A stretch of DNA of 64,000 nucleotides, taken from IMG/VR virus record IMGVR_UViG_3300026493_000002. One strand, 5' to 3'. The position numbers and the translations under genes were made by a program. The stretch is from a virus (lineage: Duplodnaviria > Caudoviricetes). Under the pieces are notes generated by a model, which had not been told where the DNA came from, ran no database searches, and worked only from the letters and a program-made list of their open reading frames with translations. Positions 17,877 through 25,717 of this stretch are shown piece by piece (within the stretch, counting starts at the first letter, position 1; every line of letters starts with the position of its first letter).

Positions 17877-18652
17877 GCAGCCACGTTCTTCGAGTAGTGG
17901 ACAACCCCACACTTCCGCTCGTTCCGGAATTCTCGGTCGCCGTCGGTCATTCCATCGGTGACTTCGGAGCGCAGGCCAGCAGTCTCGGAGGCATCGTCTA
18001 TGCAACGTTGCTTAAGAAGAGCTCCATTCCGAATGAGGAGTCGGCGCGTCGTCTGCACGCTTCGATATCCAAGCTGTACACGGAAGATCTGGATCGACCG
18101 ATAGCGGGCATGACCGCTCAGCTTGATGACTACAGCATTCCTCTCTTGCGCATGTCTAGCGCCGAGATTGACCAGTTGGTATATCTCGGATTCAATCCGA
18201 TCCGCTGCGCAATCCAGTTCGGCGTTGTTCCGTGGGCGCAGCATACGTCTCATGGGTACAGCATCCAGCTGCTGCGCCTCTTGGTGACGGCTATTCATGC
18301 CATTTCAGTACGGGCGGGGCGTGCCTGCGAAGCCTGTTCGCTGGAAGGACCTGCACGCAATCACGCCCTGTACCACCACTCTGCTGAGGTCTTCATGGAG
18401 CTCCAGCAGTTCAGGCTTTCGCATATGTTCCAACTGGTAGCAGGCAGACACGGAGCGCACGGTATCGCCATTATGCTTGAGCGCGACGCCCCGCCGTTCG
18501 GAAAGAACTTCCTTGAGGAGGCTCTGTGCATAAGCACGGACGTCATGGAGGTCGGTAACGTTTTCGGAACCCTCCACCAGTTGCAGATCCTGCATGAACT
18601 GTGGCCGAGCATGTTCACTGGTGGCCCGCAAATCTGTAAAGGGAATCGGTAG
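17873..18652 (+). CDS. hypothetical protein
   Basis: GTGA-coupled ORF, codon use less biased than neighbours. Confidence 0.65.
   Translation: MSSHVLRVVDNPTLPLVPEFSVAVGHSIGDFGAQASSLGGIVYATLLKKSSIPNEESARRLHASISKLYTEDLDRPIAGMTAQLDDYSIPLLRMSSAEIDQLVYLGFNPIRCAIQFGVVPWAQHTSHGYSIQLLRLLVTAIHAISVRAGRACEACSLEGPARNHALYHHSAEVFMELQQFRLSHMFQLVAGRHGAHGIAIMLERDAPPFGKNFLEEALCISTDVMEVGNVFGTLHQLQILHELWPSMFTGGPQICKGNR
18634..18640 (+). promoter_or_regulatory. CTGTAAA motif
   Basis: last codons of upstream gene, 33 nt before next start. Confidence 0.45.
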
Positions 18653-18672
18653 TTTCAGCTGAGGAAATATCC

Positions 18673-19125
18673 ATGCGCGAATTGAAGTTGCTACGCAAGC
18701 GCGTAAAGGCAATGTGGAAAATGGAAGAGGAGTTGTCGCCTCCGGAGCGCAAGCTCCATCAGTGGCAATTCCTCTCGACCCAGACGGGCATCCCGTATCT
18801 CGTAGGCAAGGGTGACGCAAACACCTTCTTCTACAAGATCGGCGAGAAGGGCGAAATGCAGTACGTCATGCCCGACAAGATGTTTGCCATCTTGGACAAG
18901 TGGTGCGGCGAGAAGTACGTCATGTACGCCATCGCTCGCAACTCCAACGTGAAGAAGGCCAAGCGCCAATCGAAGGTCCTCGCCGACCTGTTGAAGCGCA
19001 CCAACTCCAAGTATGCGGACTACCACATCGTGGGTATCACCGCCGACAGCCGAGTGGACAAGCTGTACTCGATGAAGACAGGCCTGACGGCCAACCAGTG
19101 GGTGCCGTTGAAGGTCAAGCCGTAG
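18673..19125 (+). CDS. hypothetical basic protein
   Basis: GAGG RBS. Confidence 0.8.
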   Translation: MRELKLLRKRVKAMWKMEEELSPPERKLHQWQFLSTQTGIPYLVGKGDANTFFYKIGEKGEMQYVMPDKMFAILDKWCGEKYVMYAIARNSNVKKAKRQSKVLADLLKRTNSKYADYHIVGITADSRVDKLYSMKTGLTANQWVPLKVKP

Positions 19126-19130
19126 ATGCA

Positions 19131-19201
19131 GTGTGACGTGTTCAGAAACCGGTGCGCACGTTCTGCCCGGAAACACTAATTTCTGAACACGTTTGGCACA
19201 C
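19131..19201 (+). repeat. long intergenic hairpin with 13-bp perfect inverted repeat
   Basis: ACGTGTTCAGAAA (19136-19148) / TTTCTGAACACGT (19180-19192), extended by GTGTG/CACAC and inner CCGG/CCGG. Confidence 0.8.
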
Positions 19202-19237
19202 CAAGGTGAGCCTCTTCCACACTACAGGTACTTCCCC

Positions 19238-19621
19238 ATGAATCCACCCTCGGCAGAGTCGAAGGCATCATCCGGGTCGCGTTACATAACAGTGATGCTG
19301 ATTCCGGTACTTGGTGCCAACGGCAAGGTGCAGAATCGCACCATCCCGTTTGACCGTCCTCCCACGAAGGAATTCGCTGTCAATACCTGCGAGCGCCTCC
19401 ACGAGGAGTACGTCACCCGTGACGGTTACGATTCGGAATGGGAGCGTTGCGCGGCAGTACTGAGGCAAATCCCCGAAGAGCGGTTCTCGCGTATGAATCA
19501 GCGTCGTGCTACCAGCATGACTCACCTGGTCGACGTGGCGCTTCCCAACGGTACGATCACCCAGCGAATGTTCAGCGCACGCTCCTGCCTCGTCCACGAG
19601 GTCAAGCATTCGGAGCGGTAA
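19238..19621 (+). CDS. hypothetical protein (start moved to ATG 19238)
   Basis: track start lies inside the hairpin. Confidence 0.65.
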   Translation: MNPPSAESKASSGSRYITVMLIPVLGANGKVQNRTIPFDRPPTKEFAVNTCERLHEEYVTRDGYDSEWERCAAVLRQIPEERFSRMNQRRATSMTHLVDVALPNGTITQRMFSARSCLVHEVKHSER

Positions 19622-19803
19622 TGCCAAGCATCAACTCCAATCCAAGGCGTCTTCCCTCCCCGTCTGAGGCGAGGGCGCTCTCGCTACAGATGCGCGAGCG
19701 AGCGGAGAATCACCCGGACGCTACGCAGGACGATTGGCTGATTCGCAATCTTCTGCTGGCGTACAGTCGAGGCGAAGTACAGCCTCGTCCGAAAAAGAAG
19801 TAA
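19621..19803 (+). CDS. small hypothetical protein (60 aa)
   Basis: TAATG coupling, GGAG RBS. Confidence 0.65.
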   Translation: MPSINSNPRRLPSPSEARALSLQMRERAENHPDATQDDWLIRNLLLAYSRGEVQPRPKKK

Positions 19804-19809
19804 CCGCGT

Positions 19810-20434
19810 TACAGGCGAACGACTGAATCCCGTCATCCTCTCAGGATAGTGAGTAGGTGCTGCCAGGCACCGAGAGCGATGTGACAGTTTGCCTAACCCT
19901 GGCGTCCTCGACTGAGTGTGAGCAACCCAGTTGAGTAAAACCACACGACAACTAGCCAGCTCTCTTGTCTTGGCACCGCCGCTCACTGAACGCCTGGAAA
20001 ACGTTCGGCAGGCTTGCACGTCGTGGTTAAGAGTTGGGATTATAGGTCGTACCCTAGTCCCGATGGGTTTATGCGAGCCACACTGGTGCCCTATGAGGTC
20101 TGACATACGGCATGGGTAATCTACCAAAGCACCTCAGACAAGCTGCTAACGCCATTTGGTTTACGGGATTTTCCGATGGCGTCGGCCGATGAATTCGGGC
20201 AGCACCTGCCTACCAAGATACACTGCTAGTTTAATCGTTCGCGTGTCTCCTCGCCGTCGCCCCGGTTTAGGATTGACTACGAACCACTAAAACATCATTC
20301 TCGATTGGCACTCGGTGATCCTTGCCCACCGTTGAGCATCTTGCGCGAACACGCGGTTCCCCGTCCCGCACGTAATGCGCACTATCCTCACGCCACGACT
20401 GATATCCGGAATTTCGGTCTCCGGGCAGTGTACC
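19810..20434 (+). ncRNA. candidate large structured non-coding RNA with tRNA-like 3' domain
   Basis: no credible ORF; helices 19843-51/20380-88, 19853-64/20198-209, 19907-14/19928-35, 20149-55/20176-82, 20220-26/20425-31; boundaries approximate. Confidence 0.55.
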
Positions 20435-20442
20435 CTCCAAAT

Positions 20443-20449
20443 CTGTAAA
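20443..20449 (+). promoter_or_regulatory. CTGTAAA motif
   Basis: inside non-coding island, upstream of tRNA-like element and terminator. Confidence 0.5.
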
Positions 20450-20472
20450 GACAGACTGTGAGGATCTTCTAC

Positions 20473-20561
20473 GCGCCGCTAGTTTAATAGCGAATGTGGC
20501 AATTCAGTAATCGCCGGCCTTATCCCCCTTTGGCCCGCGGTCCTGTTCCGGTTGCCGCGCT
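20473..20561 (+). ncRNA. degenerate tRNA-like element
   Basis: 6/7-bp acceptor GCGCCGC/GCCGCGC, TAGTTTAAT at positions 8-16, long variable arm; T-loop, anticodon stem and CCA non-canonical. Confidence 0.3.
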
Positions 20562-20661
20562 ACCGTCAAAACAGATTGCTTGACAATGGCCTTCCCCAGC
20601 CGGAGTCACTACCCAGAGCAATCTATCCGGTCCATGAAACCGGGCGGCGCACCCTACCCAG

Positions 20662-20697
20662 AGCCTCACGCCTAATCAAACGGGCGTGGGGCTTTTT
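20662..20697 (+). terminator. intrinsic terminator
   Basis: AGCCTCACGCC/GGCGTGGGGCT 11-bp stem followed by TTTT. Confidence 0.8.
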
Positions 20698-20729
20698 CGT
20701 TTGTGTCACCAGTCTGGAGCCTACAGAGA

Positions 20730-21272
20730 ATGAAACGCACCACCATCTTCGGCACCCGAATCAAGGGTCGTCTTTCTCCACTGCCGATCATCACCTTCAA
20801 GCTCAAGCTGAATGGTCCCGATGACAAGATCGTCAACGGTATCGGCGTGTACGTCTTCTCGGTATTCGATGACGACGGCAAGCTGCACGTGGTCGATGCC
20901 GCTACCCAGGTCTGGCACGACCTGAACAACACGCTGGTGCTCGCCGACGGCCGTGCCCTGCCGCTCCTCGAAGGCAGCATCGTTGATCGCCGTATGCGTA
21001 CCAAGGTCGATCACGTTCCGTCGCCGTCCGACAATGCCATCGAGTATGCCAAAGAGCATATCGCCAGCATGAACGCTCACATCCTCAAGCAGTTTCACGA
21101 GAAGTTCAACACCACACTCATGGAGGAAGTAGATGAAGCCGAAGAAGACGACACCGATCAGGAAGTCCCCGCCGCAGGCGCTGCCGGCAGTACCGCGACC
21201 GGTGATCCCAACTACTGGTATGCCAAGCGTGACGACGGCGTCAGCGACAATGACGACGCGCCGATGCTCTAA
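20730..21272 (+). CDS. hypothetical protein with acidic tail (start ATG 20730)
   Basis: GGAG upstream. Confidence 0.75.
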   Translation: MKRTTIFGTRIKGRLSPLPIITFKLKLNGPDDKIVNGIGVYVFSVFDDDGKLHVVDAATQVWHDLNNTLVLADGRALPLLEGSIVDRRMRTKVDHVPSPSDNAIEYAKEHIASMNAHILKQFHEKFNTTLMEEVDEAEEDDTDQEVPAAGAAGSTATGDPNYWYAKRDDGVSDNDDAPML

Positions 21273-21334
21273 CCATCTGCCGGCCAAACGCTGAAAGAAT
21301 TAGGCGACAGTCAAACCTGCACTGGTCGCCAGTT

Positions 21335-21341
21335 CTGTAAA
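21335..21341 (+). promoter_or_regulatory. CTGTAAA motif
   Basis: intergenic. Confidence 0.5.
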
Positions 21342-21347
21342 CAACAA

Positions 21348-21400
21348 GGGTAGGCAGTACGCTTCGATATTCGTTGCCTACTGCCTACCCATTTTCTTTT
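21348..21400 (+). terminator. intrinsic terminator or attenuator hairpin
   Basis: GGGTAGGCAGTA/TACTGCCTACCC perfect 12-bp stem then ATTTTCTTTT. Confidence 0.7.
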
Positions 21401-21418
21401 CCAGAGCATAAAACGACA

Positions 21419-21877
21419 ATGAACGAATCTCGCCTGGGTTTGCTTTGCAACACCTATCCGTCCGACTGGGAAGAGACTCACACGGGCGTGCTGGTTCTGC
21501 TGGACGTCGAGGCCCGCTCCGCGCTTATCGTGGGCTATACTCCGTCCGGCGACACGGGCCGCACCGTGGAATTGAACGACGCCCAGCAGTTCATGAACCT
21601 GTTTGGTCTCTCGGGCAAGAGCCTCGAAGGAGACTGTGCAGGCCAGCGCGCTCTGTTCTACGTGACGGTTGATGCACTGAACACCATCGGCAGCACCGTC
21701 TACTTCCTGCGTACCGACTTCAAGGTCAAGGGCGGTGTCGAGGATCAGGCAAAGCTGGCCCAGCATCTGTTCGAGGTCATTTCGGACAGCAGCGATCCCG
21801 CGCACGAATACATGGACGATCTTCGCATTCTCAAGAACGACGTGTTCGGCAATACCGACGTAGTTATCGGAGTCTAA
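21419..21877 (+). CDS. tail-sheath N-terminal-domain-like stand-alone protein
   Basis: ALIVGYTPSGDTGRTVELNDAQQFMNLFG...GSTVYFLR parallels sheath N-terminus. Confidence 0.45.
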   Translation: MNESRLGLLCNTYPSDWEETHTGVLVLLDVEARSALIVGYTPSGDTGRTVELNDAQQFMNLFGLSGKSLEGDCAGQRALFYVTVDALNTIGSTVYFLRTDFKVKGGVEDQAKLAQHLFEVISDSSDPAHEYMDDLRILKNDVFGNTDVVIGV

Positions 21878-21880
21878 CCT

Positions 21881-22828
21881 GTGTCCAAGAACAACGATCC
21901 GCGACGCCGTCCTCACCACAGCAGCACCCTGATCGACGTACATAACGACGACACGGTGCGCGATCTTGCGGACTCCCTGGCTACGGAAATCCGACACGAT
22001 TCCACGGCTCGCATCCTGCTGATCGTCGGCTCGTTCTCCGACGGCATTCAGTTGACCAAGCGGCTGCACGCTTTCGATCCGTACATGAAGATCGAGTCCT
22101 GCGGCGCCGTGCGTCACATGCGTGGTGTGATGCCCCGCAATGACACGCAGGTGTACGTCATCCCGTCGATGATTGCCGAACTGGGCAACTCCTGGCCGGG
22201 CTTCAACGTCATGTACCTCGTGTCGTGTCCCGCGAACGACCAAAGCCTCGTTCAGGTGGTGTCCCGCGTCAACCGCGCAGGCAAGAGCAATCCGCGTGTC
22301 CGCATCTTCGCCAGCACTGCGGTGCGCGAGGTGTTTGAGAACGCGCGCTGGCTCGAATCCCGCATCAAGGAAACGATTGACGTTGATCTGCACGTCACGT
22401 ATCCGTCCAACCTTCGCGACCAGCTGGTCATCATCACGCCTCAGAATAGCGAGTCCCCGATGATGCTTCTGTCGGACGCCAACCACGTAACGCAGGTGCT
22501 GATCGGCTTCTCCACGTCGGGGCCGGACGACCGAATCTACTGCGTGCAGTCTCTGGCTGCCATGGACGCGATCTACTCCGATCGCGGACGTGACTACCTG
22601 ATGCGGCGCACCGCATCCCAGTTGTTCCTCGATCACAACTCGCCGGTGTTCATCAACCGTATGCGGGAAGGCTCGATGCTCACTTCCGATGGTGTGCGGG
22701 TAGGTGCCGCCGCGCAGTCGCATATGCTCAACACCGCAATCGGTAATGCGTATCGCAACTCACACCCGCTGATGACGCTCTTGCGCCGTGCGTCCAAGTC
22801 TGTACCGTTCAACTCGCTGGCCCAGTAG
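21881..22828 (+). CDS. hypothetical protein with helicase C-terminal-like segment
   Basis: ELGNSWPGFNVMYLV...LVQVVSRVNRAGK resembles SF2 motifs V-VI. Confidence 0.5.
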   Translation: MSKNNDPRRRPHHSSTLIDVHNDDTVRDLADSLATEIRHDSTARILLIVGSFSDGIQLTKRLHAFDPYMKIESCGAVRHMRGVMPRNDTQVYVIPSMIAELGNSWPGFNVMYLVSCPANDQSLVQVVSRVNRAGKSNPRVRIFASTAVREVFENARWLESRIKETIDVDLHVTYPSNLRDQLVIITPQNSESPMMLLSDANHVTQVLIGFSTSGPDDRIYCVQSLAAMDAIYSDRGRDYLMRRTASQLFLDHNSPVFINRMREGSMLTSDGVRVGAAAQSHMLNTAIGNAYRNSHPLMTLLRRASKSVPFNSLAQ

Positions 22829-22859
22829 TACCTATCAATCTACATATCAGGGGAAGTCC

Positions 22860-23222
22860 ATGTCAGTGCAAGTCGATCCCAAGTATCTCGCCGCGTTGGA
22901 GAAGGCAGCGTCCCTCGGCGGTTTGTGCCACGTATCTGGCCTTACCGGCGAAGAGCGCAACCTGATCGCCCGCCGTCTTCTGTCTGTGTACGAAGGCGCG
23001 TTCGCTACGACGCATCCTCGCATCATCCATCACGGGCCTGCTGCGGTGCACACCCAGGCATGCGCTGTGCATCACGACAAGACGGCTGCGGTCTATGACT
23101 GCAACTCAGGCGTGTTCCACCCGTCGTGGGCTGCGCAGTCTCAGGGCTGGAAGCTGGTGCAGGCGAAAACTTGGTGGCAGCGTCTGCTGCTGAATCTCGG
23201 CTTCGGTGACCAGGACTTCTGA
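22860..23222 (+). CDS. hypothetical protein
   Basis: ATG 22860 with GGGGA RBS. Confidence 0.7.
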   Translation: MSVQVDPKYLAALEKAASLGGLCHVSGLTGEERNLIARRLLSVYEGAFATTHPRIIHHGPAAVHTQACAVHHDKTAAVYDCNSGVFHPSWAAQSQGWKLVQAKTWWQRLLLNLGFGDQDF

Positions 23223-23229
23223 GGAGTAA

Positions 23230-23829
23230 GTGGTGGCAAAAGATAAGAAGTCGTCGGCCAGAGCAGAGGTCGACATTACCCCGTCCTACCCGACGTATGA
23301 CGGCGACAATCCGCCGTGGCCGTACACTCGACCCGATCCGCGTCCGTACGGCTATCGTGCGAAGTACGACAAGACCGTCCGCCTGCTGATCCTGCCGGGT
23401 CATCTGCCGCACGATCCCGCCATGAATCAGATCGAGCGCGTAGTCCGTCGCATGATGGACAAGAAGATCGACGTGGTGATCGTCGTTCCCGACTGCTATC
23501 GCGGCATCGGTGAAATCATGGCGAGGCGTAACGGTCTGAACTACCTGATCGTCAACACCGACTACAAGGACAACGTCAACCTGCCGGGCAACAACCTCAT
23601 GTCGGTGTTGATGACCAGCAAGACGGCCCGCATCCGTGTCATGCAGTCTGCGGATCGCGCCTGTGTGGTGTTGAAGAATCCGGTGACCGAGCGCTTCATC
23701 GAGGAACTGGAAGAAAGCGACATTCAGGTCAAGACGTTCAAGCCAATCTATCGCACGCCGAAGCCGCGCCCCAAGCCGGAAGCGGTTGTGCCCGAAAAGA
23801 AATCCAAGAAGAAGGGGAAGAAACGATGA
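23230..23829 (+). CDS. hypothetical protein, possibly degenerate SLOG fold, Lys-rich tail
   Basis: GAGGAG RBS; RIRVMQSADRACVV loosely SLOG-like. Confidence 0.6.
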   Translation: MVAKDKKSSARAEVDITPSYPTYDGDNPPWPYTRPDPRPYGYRAKYDKTVRLLILPGHLPHDPAMNQIERVVRRMMDKKIDVVIVVPDCYRGIGEIMARRNGLNYLIVNTDYKDNVNLPGNNLMSVLMTSKTARIRVMQSADRACVVLKNPVTERFIEELEESDIQVKTFKPIYRTPKPRPKPEAVVPEKKSKKKGKKR

Positions 23830-24188
23830 TGCGTCTGTTGGTTATTGCATTCGTGCTGGCGCTGGTCGCGTGCAGCCCGAGTCAGGAAGATCGAATCGAG
23901 GCTGATGCCTTCAACAAGGCTTCGCTCTCCAATCCACGCTACGTCGGCTGTCTGCCTGACGGCCGTGCGGTGTTCGTTGCGGAAATGAAGGCATTCCGTC
24001 CGGGCAGCAGTGTCGCGCAGACCGACCGCCTGTACATGACGCTCGACGGTGAAGCCACTGTTGCGATTCAGCAGCCCAGCGGCAAAAGCACGGTGCCTCA
24101 GTCCGTCTTCTGGCCTGGCACTGGCAACACCGTCCCCGGAGATCCGTGTGCGTTGCAGCTGTCGAAGGACGTGGGAAATGGCCGATGA
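23826..24188 (+). CDS. putative lipoprotein
   Basis: lipobox LVAC after hydrophobic signal. Confidence 0.7.
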   Translation: MMRLLVIAFVLALVACSPSQEDRIEADAFNKASLSNPRYVGCLPDGRAVFVAEMKAFRPGSSVAQTDRLYMTLDGEATVAIQQPSGKSTVPQSVFWPGTGNTVPGDPCALQLSKDVGNGR

Positions 24189-24642
24189 ACTGATACCTGC
24201 TCCGGAAGCGCCGGAGACCGCCGAGCAGATGATCGAGCGCATCTTTCTCGCGCACGGCTTCACCAAGAAGCCTCAGGAAGACGGCACCGAGGCACTGAAC
24301 GACTACGTGTTCAAGGCCGCCCATGCGCTGATCGAAGAAGCACTGAATGCGGAGGCGATGAAGAATCTGTTGCCTTCGCGCTTCCAGTTGAATGACTGGA
24401 TCACAGCTTCGGATGGCAAACGCTACCAGATTTGCGGCGTGTCGTTCGTTCTGATGGACTTCAACGACGGTTGGGGTGAAGGCGGCAAGATCATCTACCA
24501 GCTGCGCGATCAACAGGGCAATACGATGGATATCCTGTCCAACTTCGCGGAGGAAAAGGCATCTGCTCCGCCTCCGAAGCACAACGGTCTACGTCTCGTG
24601 GTGAGCAACGATGGGGCATCCGAAGAGCCGAGTGGCGCATAG
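24178..24642 (+). CDS. hypothetical protein
   Basis: ATG 24178. Confidence 0.7.
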   Translation: MADELIPAPEAPETAEQMIERIFLAHGFTKKPQEDGTEALNDYVFKAAHALIEEALNAEAMKNLLPSRFQLNDWITASDGKRYQICGVSFVLMDFNDGWGEGGKIIYQLRDQQGNTMDILSNFAEEKASAPPPKHNGLRLVVSNDGASEEPSGA

Positions 24643-24648
24643 TAACCG

Positions 24649-25227
24649 ATGAACATTTTTGTGCTGCACGAAAACCCACGTAAGGCGGCGCAGATGCACT
24701 GTGACCGCCACGTCGTCAAAATGGTAACCGAGAGCGCGCAGCTTCTGTGCTTTGCTCACTACGTGGCCAATGACGACAAGCGTTGGGTGAAGCGCCACGT
24801 GAAGTTCAAGCTCAACAAGGGTCATGCTGCGCATCCCTGCACCCTGTGGATGCTGGAAGACCCTAGGCACTACGCGTGGGTGTATCGTCTACTGCAACAC
24901 CTGTTGAAGGAGTACGACTACCGATACGATGGTCTCAAGAAAGGCAAGTACGCCAACATCCTCAAGATGCTGCCCGCTCTGGCAAACATCCCGGGCACGG
25001 ACCTCACGGTTGACCGTGTGCGCCGTCGGCCGACTGAGTTTGTCCTCGCCATGGGACGCGCTCCCGAGTGCATTGGTGAGTACGCAGTAGAGTCTTACCG
25101 CAGGTTCTATCTCGCCAACAAGCGTGAGTTCGCCACGTGGAAACACCGAGACGTGCCTGAGTGGTTCACGTCCGGCCTCAAGCAACTGAATCGAAGCGGT
25201 GACGTTCGTAAGGTCACCGTCGTCTAA
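24649..25227 (+). CDS. pyrimidine-dimer DNA glycosylase (DenV/endonuclease V)-like family protein
   Basis: MNIFVL...AQMHCDRHVVKM..ESAQLL, HPCTLW, AVESYRRFY...ATWK.R.VPEWF. Confidence 0.8.
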   Translation: MNIFVLHENPRKAAQMHCDRHVVKMVTESAQLLCFAHYVANDDKRWVKRHVKFKLNKGHAAHPCTLWMLEDPRHYAWVYRLLQHLLKEYDYRYDGLKKGKYANILKMLPALANIPGTDLTVDRVRRRPTEFVLAMGRAPECIGEYAVESYRRFYLANKREFATWKHRDVPEWFTSGLKQLNRSGDVRKVTVV

Positions 25228-25243
25228 TATCGGCAGTAACCAT

Positions 25244-25675
25244 ATGAACTATGATCTTGTCCTCTATCTAACAGCATCCCAGCCTGTAAGCGACACCCAC
25301 GCCATGATTGGCCCCGCCAGTCCAACGGCGATTGACGAGTCTCGGATCTACATCGCGATGGTCTGCCACAGTGCAGACGCTCCTCGCGATACGCTGGTGT
25401 GTATCGAAACCCTGAACGACCTGTATCGTCTCTTCCCTGACGTTGAGCATAAGCCCTTCAACTCCGGCTACCTGACCGCACACGGTGTGCTGTCGGCCGG
25501 CGGCTCTGTTCAAGCCCTGTTCGTTGCTCACGATGACGCCGTGTACAAGGCCAGCTATCGGGTAATGACCGAAGCTCTTGCACGTCGCATTCACGCGCAT
25601 GAAGAAGACGAACGGTTCAAGAAACCCTTGCGCCGTATCGTGTCGTCGTCGAAGTACCACAAGGTGGTCAGGTAG
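25244..25675 (+). CDS. second tail-sheath N-terminal-like stand-alone protein
   Basis: APRDTLVCIETLNDLYRLF...YLTAHGVLSAGGSVQALFV. Confidence 0.4.
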   Translation: MNYDLVLYLTASQPVSDTHAMIGPASPTAIDESRIYIAMVCHSADAPRDTLVCIETLNDLYRLFPDVEHKPFNSGYLTAHGVLSAGGSVQALFVAHDDAVYKASYRVMTEALARRIHAHEEDERFKKPLRRIVSSSKYHKVVR

Positions 25676-25717
25676 TCCCATTTATCGTAACGCCCATATT
25701 GGCCTGAGGGGAATCTC

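Noticed and set aside
19804-20440. Group I/II intron or RNase P RNA
   Set aside because: No interrupted gene flanks it; I found no convincing P7/R-S elements, domain V, or GAGGAAAGTCC signature on either strand.
20473-20561. Functional tRNA (Sec/opal suppressor, anticodon TCA)
   Set aside because: Anticodon stem pairs poorly, T-loop is not TTCRA, G18G19 absent, no CCA; kept only as a degenerate element.
19684-20824. ORFs 19684-20127 (-), 19931-20119 (+) and 20552-20824 (+) as proteins
   Set aside because: Atypical codon use, no RBS, and they cross strong hairpins or a terminator; structured RNA explains the region better.
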